Of a stretch of DNA of 64,000 nt, positions 26,765-38,704 are shown one piece after another. The notes beneath the pieces were generated by a model, which worked only from the letters and a program-made list of their open reading frames with translations, was not told the DNA's origin and ran no database searches. Origin of the DNA: Octopus bimaculoides (taxonomy: Eukaryota). The stretch lies in contig NC_068986.1 of NCBI RefSeq assembly GCF_001194135.2, positions 22,636,152 to 22,700,151 on the forward strand, written 5' to 3'. Position 1 is the first letter of the stretch; each line of letters starts with the position of its first letter. A program made the translations under genes and the position numbers.

Positions 26765-27349
26765 TGTTTGTTTTTATATCAGTTATAATAAAAACGATTT
26801 TGCATTAATCTGAATGGTTACTCCATACTTTTGTAGAATGCAAATTTATTCTTCTTCAACAAGAATAATACTGATAGTGATTTCTAAGTTTGAATATTCC
26901 CATTTCTTTCACCTATTGGCTTTAAGAATGAGGTCCACTCTCATATTACATTCCCTATATTTTTCAAAAGTCTATGGTTGTTAATCCTATTGGAGTTATT
27001 TCCTTTGTTTGTTAGTTTTTATACAATCCTGGTGTGAAATTTTAGTCACTCATTGCATGGTTAAATTAAGCCAATCAGTGTTCTTCAACACACTCCAATT
27101 ACAGTTTTATATCCTTGTTGCCATATACTCTAGTGGTGTTCATTCAGCTATTTCTGTTCAGTTTTACACCTGTTGTGCAAGTCATGAGCTAAAAGATTCA
27201 ATATGTACTGTTCCTTTTAGAGTAGCTCACTATCTTATACATTGTACATTACTTTAGCTTGTTGTTTCTACTTCACATTTGAATGATTAGCTTGTTCCAA
27301 ATAAAATGCAAATCTCTTGAATTTGTTAACCACACCATTTATGCTAGTA

Positions 27350-27912
27350 ATCATCATTATCATCATTTAATGTCCGCTTTCCATGCTGGCATGGGTTGGA
27401 CGGTTTGACTGAGGTCTGGCTGCATCAGGCTCCAATTTGAACGGGCAAGGTTTCTACAGCTGGATGCTCATCCTAAAACCACTCTGAGAATGTAGTGGGT
27501 GCTTTTTATGTGCCACTGGCATGGGGTCCAGCCAGGCGGCACTGGCATCAACCATGCTCAAATGGTGCCTTTTACATGCCACCAGCATGGATGCCAGTCA
27601 GGCAGCACTAGCATTGGTCACAACTATGATTTCACTTGACTCAACAAGTCTTCTGAAGCTAGCATATTGCCTGATGAGTGAAGGGTACTTTTAAACGAGC
27701 CAGTTATGTGACACTGGCATCGTCCATGGTTATGATCTCACTTGATTTGCCAGGTTTTCTCAAAGGTCTCGGTCGCTTGTCATTGCCGCTGTGGGCCCAA
27801 CATTCAAAGGTCGTGCTTTCCCACCTCATCCCATGTCTTCCTGGGTTTACCTCTTCCACAGGTTCCTTCCACCGTTAGGGTGTGACACCTCTTCACACAG
27901 TTGTCCTCATCC
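27350..27912 (-). mobile_element. 5'-truncated RTE LINE 3' end including ORF C-terminus
   Basis: Minus-strand MDEDNCVKRCHTLTVEGTCGRGKPRKTWDEVGKHDL (RTE C-terminal GRP.KTW motif), then 3' UTR units and the (GAT)n terminus. Confidence 0.85.
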
Positions 27913-28899
27913 ATATATGGTAATGTAGGTGTAAAATATCTTTGCTTATGCATGTGCAACAAAGACACCACACACACACTCTCACTGATGCATATACACA
28001 TGTATGTTACAAAGGTTAGTTAATGCGTTCGATTTGTGACTTTTTATTGACACAAAATCTACCACTGCATCTAGGTTGTGTTTCAAGGCATGACATAAGT
28101 TTGTTTGGCAAGAAAAGAAAAGAAGAAAAAAAGAAGTATTCTTTCAGTGTTAGTATTTAATATTAAGGAATTATCTGTTATGGGAGATATGATATTCAAT
28201 TATAGAAGGAAAAAATATTGTTCCAACAAAGTTGCAAAATTCAATAGGCTTTCCTAAATTGGAATAATGACTGTAAAATAGTACATACATGTGCATGCCT
28301 ATGGATATATACTTTAGTCTTAAATATGCCAATGTTTCCTGGTTGTTTTTTTTAATTTTACATCTGATTTAATCAGATAAACTGTTTACTCTCAGATTAT
28401 TGGTCTGCCCTGAATGAGCATCACTTCCTTGTCTTTTACCTAGGTATAACAGATGTAGGACAACATAATTTGGTGGATCCTTTTCTAAAACATGATGGTG
28501 TAATTCAAGAGAGATATGATTGCTACCTCCAGCAGATCAAGTGACTAAGCTACATAGAGACTCTGCTGTTGGCTTGATACAGTTTCAATTGTCCTATGCC
28601 AACAAACCATTTCACTTGCAGACACTGAATTATTTCTTGGGATTAGATTGATTGTTTTGTTATGAATTCTGCATTGTGAGCTTAATTAAAGAGTTAACAC
28701 TAGTTGGGTTTCATGATTGAGCTAACTTTCTGTCTGGAACATGGTTATTTTGGTAAGATAAAACAATTACACCTGGTATGTTAAAATATATGGTATTTTG
28801 TAATGGTGCTAGTAAACTTAACTGGTTCCATTTATGATAGTCTGCCAAATTTGTTTTTTTCATTTGCTCCTGTTATTGCCAGTCACTAATAATCTTGAC

Positions 28900-29300
28900 G
28901 AAAAGTTATTTAATCACCATCTTTCAGGTAATCTTCGACTTTCCATGACATTAAGTGAATATCTCAGTTTTTTTCAGATTCATCTTTATGGCGCCCATAT
29001 AGCTTAGGTGATGTCAATCTTTCTTGTTTGGCTTTCATAGTGTTTTAAGGAAGATTTGTGTGGGTAATCTTTTAAGTAACATGCCCTGTCCAATGTAGGT
29101 TTCTGTCTGACGAGATCTTTTATATTAGGCAATCCTGCTTACCCATGTAGTTTACTATTGGAGAACATGTCACCGTGAAATTTTTAGAATTGAGCATAGG
29201 AATGGCATTTCTTCACTTAACTCTTTGTATAATGTCCAGGTTTTGACACAATGCCCTGACCCCTGATTCTTATGTAAACCTGATGGTTGTTCCATAATTG
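28900..29300 (-). mobile_element. Highly degraded RTE ORF C-terminal fragment
   Basis: Minus-strand pieces SILKISR, RNLHWTGHV and RLPTQIF resemble RTE ...ILKISW...LRWAGHV..RLP motifs; many stops; boundaries approximate. Confidence 0.45.
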
Positions 29301-30850
29301 TAGATACAGTCATCCAAATACCAATTTTGTATTTTGTCAACCACTTTTGTAGCTCTATGTCAGCTAAACTTTTTAAGATGTAATGCAGAATGCCCCCCCC
29401 CCCCAATCTTCTGTATGTTGAAGTGTGGTTTAATAGAGTTCCTGTAATATAATATATTTGCTCATCTCTCACTTGATGCAGAACCAGCTACTGAAAGCAA
29501 CAACTACACAAATGAACAAAGTCAGAATTAATTTTTATTTTATTTGCTTGAAATCCTGAGGATTATTTTAATAGAGATAGACATTAGATTGAGATCTTGA
29601 AGCCTTTTTTTTGTTTCCAGCTGGATTGATGGTCTTTTGAGGTGTTTACATTTTTAGTTTCCAAACCCAGGTGTTGCTATGCTTAACAGCCAACATCTGT
29701 TAGGCCATCTTTCTTAGAACTTTCTGTTACCTAGATTTCTTTGAGCGTTTCTTTCTACCTATCTCCCATGAGCTAATCTCTCTCTGAGATTCATGACATT
29801 GATTTTACAGTTTAATAATTTCTTGTTTTCAATCTATCACTCTACCACACCATATCATTTTGAATTTTGTCTCAAACACTGTTTTAATTTTATTTACCTT
29901 AAATAAAGAAGAGAGAAAGGTACTTTCCTATGCTAGTGTAAAAGGACAATCTTTCACTTGCTGCAACTAGTGGTATTTTTAAGATGCTAGATTTATGGTT
30001 TTACACCTGCAAATCTTATTTCAAGCATTAATTAGGTTTCACTCAGTCTACTCCTCCTAATTTATCAGCAAGAAGATAACTCCATTTCATTGTATAGTTG
30101 TTACTAAGAGAAAGGAGAGCAAACTGTCTGACAACTTACTTCAAGGACAAACATTCAAGGATGGTAAGATTTGCTTGAAGGACAATTAACAAATTTCTTT
30201 AGATGAATATGACATGCACCTGCAGCTTTTCTCATCTTTTCTGGCAAACATTTGAAAATACACACACATACTGAGACACTAACACGCATCTTGTCTACTC
30301 TAATTCTTGGAATTGTAGTCTTTCCAAAAACCCCTTCCATTATCAAATATTAAATCTGTTGTTTAACTACCCTTGCTCTATGGTGGATGTTTGGATGTTA
30401 TATTCTTCTTTTTGAATTAGCATATAGAGCATTCAGTTGCACTTTCATACACAAATATGCACACAAAATTTAATACTCACACCTGGTCCTTAGGTGCATT
30501 TGTGACATTTACAAGCATTTGACCAGAGTCTCTATTTCCTTCTTTTCTATCTCTCTGTTTTTATTTTCCCTGAAAGACCTTGACCTATAAATGTTCATTA
30601 ATTTGAAAAGGTTATAATAGGTCATGGGCACAGTTTCCCTTCCCTTGATTAATTTATAAATATGCATTGAATAATGTCAGTATACATGTACACACAACCT
30701 AGTTTTCTTTATAAATGTTTTATGCTTTGGTATTGCCTGTACAAAAGATTGACATTTGCTTAAAGATAAACTGTATTATTTTACCTTCTTGTTTATATTA
30801 TTTTAATTTTATTTTTCATAGCTCAGTGGCTCTATTGAAAATCTAACAGT

Positions 30851-30908
30851 ATGGGTGAGGCATCTGCAGGCAGTTGCAGTCCACAGTACTGTCAACTTCA
30901 GGTCACAG
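30851..30908 (+). CDS. WWP1: First coding exon of ITCH/WWP/Su(dx)-type NEDD4-family E3 ligase (MGEASAGSCSPQYCQLQVT); spliced exon starts at 30822 with 29 nt of 5' UTR
   Basis: Acceptor tttttcatag ends at 30821, ATG at 30851, donor G|gtaaga after 30908 (phase 1). LQVT|V matches the first C2 strand of WWP1 (LQVTV) and ITCH (LQITV). The symbol denotes the ITCH/WWP1/WWP2 group; exact orthology is not resolved. Confidence 0.85.
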
Positions 30909-31577
30909 GTAAGAGTCAACATCTAATTTTGTGTGTGTGTGTGTGTGTGTGTGGACACAGGTATGGATGTGATGTCAACAATGGGTGATAAAATAGTTAT
31001 GTAAAGAGGTTTTGCTTTGCAACCAAATGATTCTGGTTTGATTCTTTGTGTGGTACCTTGGAGAGGTAACTTGTGAGTGAAATTTTGTAGACTGGGACAG
31101 TACAGAAACTTGTCAGGAATGCATGTGTGTAAACCCACTCTCATGTTATATGCAGGTTAAACTTAAATATTTGATAATGATCATTAAGTACAAGAGTATG
31201 TAAGTACAGGTGTCAAAATGATTGACTAAAGCCCTTGAAAATGGTGCTCCAGTATGGTTGTAGTTCAGTGACTACAACCACACTGAAACTCTTTAAAATA
31301 TTTATTCAGCTGTTATCCATGACTTAGTTTGCAATTTTAGTCTTCACAAGATATCTTGTGGTCAGGGTTTAATGAAAATATGTAAAACTGTAAACACTAA
31401 GTTTTTATAATGGTGATGACACAAAAATTGGAAATCATTAATGTGCTATGATATATGATGACTGTCTCTTTTTTTTTTTTGTAAAGTTCTGCATTATTTA
31501 TTCTTTTATTATTTCTTACAGTCAAATTTGAAATGATTATGATCCTTGTTATTGTTATTGGGATAAGTGGTTGAGTT

Positions 31578-31622
<45 letters not shown>

Positions 31623-33269
31623 GCTGTTTTTGTTTTTTAATAACAGTGACCTTCAAGTGATTTTAACTCGTTGCCCTCATGATGGCTCTACAGTTTTCAT
31701 TACAGTAATCCCTGACCTAAAAGCATTAACCACTAAAGTGAACCACACAATGCTATATTACAAGAAATTTGAAAGAGGCAATAATAAATCAGTCTTTCCT
31801 CATAATGTTCTCACAATTAATCCCAACATCCCTGCCATGTTTCAATGCACTGTTTGAGAATGACTGATTAATTGCTGTTTGCTTGACTTCACATCTCACT
31901 ACCAACCCCTCATATAATTCTTTTCACTTGTTCTCTTCCTGTTTCTTCCTCTTTAATTCTCTTATTCCTATTATTTCTTTTTGTGCTAGGCTTGTGGATT
32001 AGTAGAATCATTAGAGCATTGGACAAACTGCTTGGCAGTATTTGTTCTGGCACTTTGCATTCTGAGTGCAAATGCAATCAATGTTACTGTTGTCTTTCAT
32101 CCTTTGGGGGTGGAGGGGGTCAATAGAATAAGACCTTGTCAAGAACTGGGGTGAATATAACCAACTATTCTCCTCTTTCCAATTTTGGGTCTTGTGCCTA
32201 AGTTAAACAATTATGCCTTTTGTACTGCATAAATTGAAGGGTTTCTGTATAATTTGACCCTTTACTGTTATATCTGTGAGAAATAGTTTCTTTTTAGTTT
32301 ACTCATAATTATTTATTTCCAGATATAAGATGAAGTCCTGATAATACAATGGTAATGAATCAATCAAATGTATTCTCACCCATTTTTCATGACAAATTGG
32401 TCATAGTCAAATGAAATATAATATCCATATTCAAGGAAGTTGTTTAAATGTCATTTATTCCTTCTTACTTGATGTAACAGTATATATTTCCTTGATTGCC
32501 CAAAGAAAAGACTAACATATCTTTTTTATCAGAACAATACTCTGCCAAAGATATGGTTTGAAACTGTTAAGTTTGTGAACCATAATCAAGTTATGCTTTA
32601 ACAAGATTGCATTATTTGTTTAAAAAGAAAAATGATTTTTAATCTGCTTACAGTTGGATAATTTTTCAAACAGTTAATTTTAGTGGTTGAATGCTCTTAC
32701 TATTGGAAATAACAAGTCTATCATGTTGTGGTTCTGAAATTCATTTTTTTCTCTAGCTTTTATGTATTCTGTTTTGTCTTTTTTACCTTCTGTCAGCATT
32801 GGAGCATTGGATCTCAAACAATACTTCCTCTAACTATTTGGAAAATTCTCACCCTATTAGTATCTGATACTGAGTTCATGTCCCACCCCTATCAATGCAA
32901 ATTTAATATCTAGAGTACCTCTGCATCGTCTTTTCTTCTGATAGAAATAACAACTAAATTCCTTGCTTGCAAAGAAGACAGGATGGTCGTAGATAGAATA
33001 TTGATTGAATTAAAGAAAATTTGGCATTGACCAGACTGATCAAAATGCTAGCAGATCAACAAGGAACCTCTCTGTGTGGTTGCTCCAAGTTGATACCATT
33101 GACTCAATACTTGACAGGTACTTTATTTTATTGACATTGAAAAGATGGAAGGCAAAGATGACCCTGGATTTGAACTCAGAACATAAAGAGCCAGAAGAAA
33201 TACCATTCTCTGATGTTGTAATGATACTGTCAAGTTGGTGCTCCAACAACAATAATTATTGTTTTGCAT

Positions 33270-33839
33270 TTTAGCACAAGGTTAACTAACAGTTTTCTTT
33301 TTAATGGGAGCAGGGTTGTTGATTTATATCAAACCGCTGTGCTTGACTTCTACTTCATTTTATCCAACCCAAAACAATGAATGGCAAAGTCGACTTTGGC
33401 AGTATCGGAACTTGGAAAAAGCCAGAAATTTGAAATGGAAGAGCAAGTTGATTTTCATTGATCCCTGTACTTGATTGGTAGTTTACTTTATTGATTCTGA
33501 AGGATGAAAGGTAGAGTTGACCTTGGTGGAATTTAAGCTCAGATGTAAAGAGGTGGAAGAAATGCTGCCAAGCATTTTCTCTGCTGCAATAAGGATTCTG
33601 CTAGTTCACTGCATTAACAACAACAACAACATTGTCTATTATAGGCACAAGGCCTGAAATTTTTGGGAGAGTGCTTGTCAATTGCATCAACCCATGCTTG
33701 ACTGGTACGTATTTCATTGACCTCAAAAGGATGAAAGGCAAAATTGACCTCGGCAGAATTTGAACTCAGAACTTTATGGTAGATGAAATGCTGCTAAGCA
33801 TTTTGTCCAGTGTGCTGATGGTTCCGGCAGCTTGCCACC

Positions 33840-33871
<32 letters not shown>

Positions 33872-34090
33872 CCTTTCTACAATAGGCACAAGGCCTGAAA
33901 TTTTGAGAGAGTGGGGCCAGTCGATTAAATCGACTCCAGTATGCAACTGGTACTTAATTTATTGACCTTGAAAGGATGAAAGGCAAAATCGACCTCGGCA
34001 GAATTTGAACTCAGAATGTAGCAGCAGATGAAATACCACTAAGCATTTCGTTTGGCGTGCTAACAATTCTGCCAGCTCTCTGCCTTAATT
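33270..34090 (-). mobile_element. Chain of four head-to-tail SINE family A copies
   Basis: Approx. 33270-33425, 33430-33610, 33635-33840, 33873-34087; each carries aaggatgaaagg/atgaatggcaaag...gac and, where intact, gaatttgaactcagaa; (AAC)n and (AAT)n runs separate the right-hand copies. Older + strand copies lie near 712-900, 8195-8395, 15870-16075, 16538-16755, 17600-17740, 31990-32210, 48780-48920, 50370-50560, 59740-59940. Confidence 0.8.
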
Positions 34091-34603
34091 AATAATAATA
34101 ATAATAATTAATAATAATAATAATAATCTACAGTTGAATTTACCAATACAAGAATTAAACATGGTTTAGTAACAGTTCCAGGATAACTTCAAATTTATTT
34201 AGACGGAAAGCTGATGTAGCCGACATCTTAGACATGTAGTTCAGAAATAATGACCGTAACCTAGAATGGACTCTAGTATGCAATTATTTGTCGCTGTGGA
34301 ATGTTGTTTGTAATACTTGATTCTAGGTTTTGAAATGAGGATTTGTTTATTTGTTATGTCAACAAATTCCTCAGAGGCAAATAAAGATTAGGTGTTTTGT
34401 CTAAAGACAAAATGCTGTGGATATGGTCAGTTATGAACCCATGATCATGCTCTCCATAGGTTATTTCTGTTATTATTTGATGTCCCTTTGGGAATTGCAA
34501 TAAAAAGTAGAAACCTCTTTTTTGTTTTGGGAGCCATAGAGGATACCAGTATTAAGGGTTTTTTCTCCCTAGAATTAAAATGAATTTATTTTATTAATTT
34601 TAA

Positions 34604-34791
34604 CCCTTTAGCATTCAGATTATTTTGTTTTGAATTAATTATGAATTATCTTGTAGCTTCAAGATTTTGATGTGATTGTTAATTTTTAGAATGACATTGT
34701 AGGGTTGGTGCTAGAGGCCTGATATGGCCAGTTTGAGCATAAAGCAGGTAGAATGTCTTGGTCAGATGTGGTCGATTTGAATACTAAAGGG
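34604..34791. mobile_element. piggyBac-type MITE
   Basis: TTAA|CCCTTTAGCATTCA ... TGAATACTAAAGGG|TTAA: 14-bp TIR with one mismatch and TTAA on both sides. Confidence 0.82.
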
Positions 34792-34933
34792 TTAAATTCA
34801 CGATAAACAAATATGACATGAGTCTGTCCTAGGTTATGGCCATTATTTCTGAACTACATGTCTAAGATATCAGTTTTGGCATTAGATATAATATTATTAT
34901 ATTTACCTAATTATTATTTTTTCTTTTCTTTAG

Positions 34934-35072
34934 TCCAATCAGCCAGGTTAACTGCAGTAGGTTTATTCAAACCTGATCCGTATCTGGAGCTCAGTGTTGA
35001 TAGCATGTCACCAAAAAAAACAGAAGTATGTCGAAAATCTACAAATCCAGAATGGAACGAACATTTCACTGT
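34934..35072 (+). CDS. WWP1: E3 ligase C2 domain exon (VQSARLTAVGLFKPDPYLELSVDSMSPKKTEVCRKSTNPEWNEHFTV)
   Basis: Acceptor ttcttttctttag, donor GT|gtgagt, 139 nt, phase 1 to 2. PDPY..L.VD...KKT......NPEWNE.FTV is typical of the Su(dx)/ITCH C2 domain. Confidence 0.95.
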
Positions 35073-35234
35073 GTGAGTTAATGTTTAAAGCATTTAAAAT
35101 AATTTGTATTTAAAGATCATTTTGGTTATACTCCTTTCTAAAATGATTCTGTCTGTTAGAAATGTACCTTTTCTCTTTATATAATTTGTATAATTGTGAA
35201 GTATATATTTGCTTCTTGTGTTTATATTTTTCAG

Positions 35235-35359
35235 GTTAGTGACACCTTATTCTAAGTTAGATTTCCGTGTCTTAAACCAGAACCACATCCGAGCTAATTC
35301 CTTATTAGGGGAAGTTACACTTGATTTGTACCCACTTTTGAAAGAATATCATGGAAAAT
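35235..35359 (+). CDS. WWP1: E3 ligase C2 domain exon (LVTPYSKLDFRVLNQNHIRANSLLGEVTLDLYPLLKEYHGK)
   Basis: Acceptor tttttcag, donor T|gtaagt, 125 nt, phase 2 to 1, in frame with both neighbours. VTP.SKL.FRV and LLG...LD motifs as in ITCH. Too short for the ORF track; translated by hand. Confidence 0.95.
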
Positions 35360-35434
35360 GTAAGTTGTCTAAAAATAGCTTTCCGTAATTTTAATATTTT
35401 TAAAACTCTGCTTAACACATTGTATATATTAGAA

Positions 35435-35854
35435 CAGTGGTTATTAACTTTTTTTTTTTGTTGTGGTCTGCTTTTAAGTAGTTGTTATACTTAGCACCTA
35501 CCTAAGTGGCAAGTGAGACATCATGACTAAACTAACTTAACATGGTTGATAATTTATAAATTTTACTCTAAAAATGGATTGTATAAGCTTTTAACAGTGA
35601 AATGATAAAATGAATAAAGATAAAATTTGTAAATTTGCTTTATACATTGTAAGTTAATGACTTCCCTGTGCCTGATGAGATCTCATTTTATCTTAATAGC
35701 CATTACTGGTTTTATCATGTATTATATAATTACTACTCTAGGTAGAATTTAGTATGTTAATTATGTTGCCTCACTGCTCCCTAAAGCATAATGTCCCTGC
35801 CCCATGCTCAATGTTCCCTTGAAGGGGCGGTACTGCCCTTGTTGAGAAACTCTG
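35435..35854. mobile_element. Older hAT-type MITE in the intron between C2 exons
   Basis: CAGTGGTTATTAAC ... GTTGAGAAACTCTG; flanks TATTAGAA / TATTTGAG (6/8). Confidence 0.6.
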
Positions 35855-36589
35855 TATTTGAGTAATAAATTTTTTTCTTATTTAACAAAATTTGTTTGTT
35901 AATATTAACTTAACATCAGCTCAGACACACCTAACTTCAATGAATAGTAACCATTTGTAAGTGTTGTGTAGTCAGCCACAGGAGTTGACTTGACAAAATG
36001 TCTGTCTTCTTCTGAAGAGTTGAAAGTTTTTATCCTTCACTACTGTTGCATTGCGCCTCTGAGCAAGATACTGAACATTTTCGGTATTAGTTTGTCTTGG
36101 GGGGAAAAAAATTGATAGTGTAGCATTAGTCACATTGTCAGTTAATGAATTGCTTATTAGAATACAATACCTACCCAGTCCAAATCTGCAGAGACTAATT
36201 TAGTCTTAACCCCCTTGATGCTTTTTATAGATGGTAAAATTGTAATAGAGAATTTCTGAATATCACAAAATTGTCTGTTGACTGACATCTACACAAAGGC
36301 TGTTGTTTCTGTCAATACACCAACGTATCCATATTAACAGATTTCCTACGACACAGCTTTTTCTCTATATTGAATTCCTGCTTATGGACATTCTTACTTA
36401 ATCTCCAGTGATGTACAAACAACACTAAATTTTTATAAATGTCAGGATTTTTCTAGAAACTGGATTTTACTTATATACTTGGGCATGTCTTTTGTCAATG
36501 CATCTTTGCAAATTATATTGTAAACAGTCTTCTTTTTTTTTTTTTTTGTTAACTGTAATGTCATGGATTTTTATCCTTGTTATTTCTAG

Positions 36590-36724
36590 TTAATTCTCAT
36601 TCAAAAAAGTTGGATTTGAAACACAATGGGAAAGGTAAAATTGGAGATTTGTCTATTGTGCTAAATGGAATGGATGTTAAAATGGAACATCTTCCTCCGA
36701 AGCGACACAGTGCAGCCATCAATG
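36590..36724 (+). CDS. WWP1: E3 ligase C2 C-terminal exon (FNSHSKKLDLKHNGKGKIGDLSIVLNGMDVKMEHLPPKRHSAAIN)
   Basis: Acceptor ttatttctag, donor G|gtaagt, 135 nt, phase 1 to 1. IGDLSIVLNG matches ITCH IGDLSICLDG. Confidence 0.93.
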
Positions 36725-37232
36725 GTAAGTTGTTATTGAGTGTGCACTTGAATTTTATTTATTCCATCCTTTCATATTTTAAAGCTTCTTTTAATCAAAA
36801 ATGTTGGTATTAATTTTGGTTTATTTATTTTTATTTGAACTCAAAAATAAAGATTAATTTTACTGAGTAGAAACAATGTAAGTTTGGCAACTGAACAAAA
36901 GTATGAATGCTTATAGTAAAAAAGGAATTTCAAGATCTTAAGTTATAAGAATTCATTTAGTAATATTAAAATTTTGATTAATCTTTTTTTAAATGAATAT
37001 ATTAAGGAGCTTATATTTGTTTGTAAGTTAGCAAGATACAAAGTTCAATTGATGAAGCTAAAAACTGTTATTTTGGGTGACTCAGTTTTAAAGACATCGA
37101 AAATAACATTCAAGCATACACATGCATATACTTATCGAAATTTTGTGTATTCAACACACAAATATACACTCACAAATATACACTTTTAACTGGTTTCAGC
37201 CATCAGGCTATGGCCATGCTGTGATACCATCA

Positions 37233-37269
<37 letters not shown>

Positions 37270-37271
<2 letters not shown>

Positions 37272-37415
37272 CGTTTAACGTCCGCTTTCCATGCTAGCAT
37301 GGGTTGGACGATTTGACTGAGGACTTGTAAAACCAGATGGCTACACCAGGCTCCAATCTGATTTGGCAGAGTTTCTACAGCTGGATGCCCTTCCTAATGC
37401 CAACCACTCAGAGAG
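37270..37415 (-). mobile_element. Short, young RTE 3' tail copy
   Basis: gtttaacgtccgctttccatgctagcatgggttggacg...ggatgcccttcctaatgccaaccac, close to the 44334 and 54181 copies. Confidence 0.85.
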
Positions 37416-38661
37416 TGTGTGTGTGTGTGTGCATAAAATTTACACACACTTTCAAATTCCTATGGTGTGTGTTGTATTTATTACAAAGTTGGAATGGATT
37501 TTAAAATTGCATCCAGACCAATGAAGACTCTGTGACTGTTAAGGTCATATACAATGATTGCAATATATTCTGCTGCTTTGCACAAACTTGATCACAAACA
37601 AATACAGAATTATATCTCATCATGTTATAGGAGCTATGAACCTGTGGCATATTCCTTACTTTGCACAACCTTCTTCTGTATATTATTCTAAAAGCATAAG
37701 TAAGATTTTATTCAAGTTTGTAATTAGATTTTTCATTTACTATGACATGCTAAATTTTTTGGAAAATAATTTCAACATTTTATTGTACAACAATCTAATA
37801 CATTCTGGAATGTAATTAATCAATGTTTCTACTAATTTTTAATGTTAACACTAATTTGGAGTATGCGTTTGTTTTCTTTAATCAACACTAAATCTGGTTA
37901 TATTTTTATAGCATAATTAATATTCATAGAGTAGAATCTAACTAACCTCCTTGTATGGACATTAATATGAATGGCTGGCATGATGAGTGAACACATCTTC
38001 TAAGTTGTTTGTAGGATATGTAACTGATAATAGTAGGCTTATTTAAATTAAGTCTGTTAGGAGCATTGTCATTGGATGAAGAAGCATAGAAATATATTGT
38101 TGTACAAAACTATTCAACCTATGCCAACTTAATAAAAAGAAAGGAAGCTGATAATGATATGAAGATTAGAAAATAGAGCAGTTTTATAAAAATCTATTAA
38201 CTATCAATGAATAATATCTAATAATGATCATATACCAGGGACAGTAGCTGGATAGTAGTGAAGAAAATTTTATTCTGAGGAAAGCACATTTTTCCTATAC
38301 AAGCATGCAGACTTCTTACACAAAAACAATCTAATTTTCATTTTGTATATCGTGTTATTTTATTAATGAACATTGTCTATAAAAACATACTGTGTAAAAA
38401 TGTAATTAGTATATTGGCCTGCATTAAATTTGTCAACTTGAAATAACTTAGCTTGAAGGTGAGGAAATGAAGTTGCTAATTAAATTCATTTTAGTTTTTT
38501 CAATTTGGCCTGGCTAGTATTGATTAAAGATATTTGTTTGATTGATATAGTTAATCAAACATTTGTAAGTTATTTCCAATCTTGGTATGCAAGATGTGAC
38601 CTATTTTTTTTTAAAGCATTTTTCTGGTATGTTACTGGTACTTATTTTATCTGCAATGTAG

Positions 38662-38704
38662 ATGGAAGACTAAGTCAGCCTCAGCAGGATTTGAAATTAG
38701 AAAC
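38662..38704 (+). CDS. Candidate 43-nt exon of the E3 ligase (DGRLSQPQQDLKLE), phase 1 to 2
   Basis: Acceptor ttattttatctgcaatgtag, donor AC|gtaagc, open in the frame set by the 36724 donor. Needs a compensating exon, otherwise it frameshifts. Confidence 0.45.
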
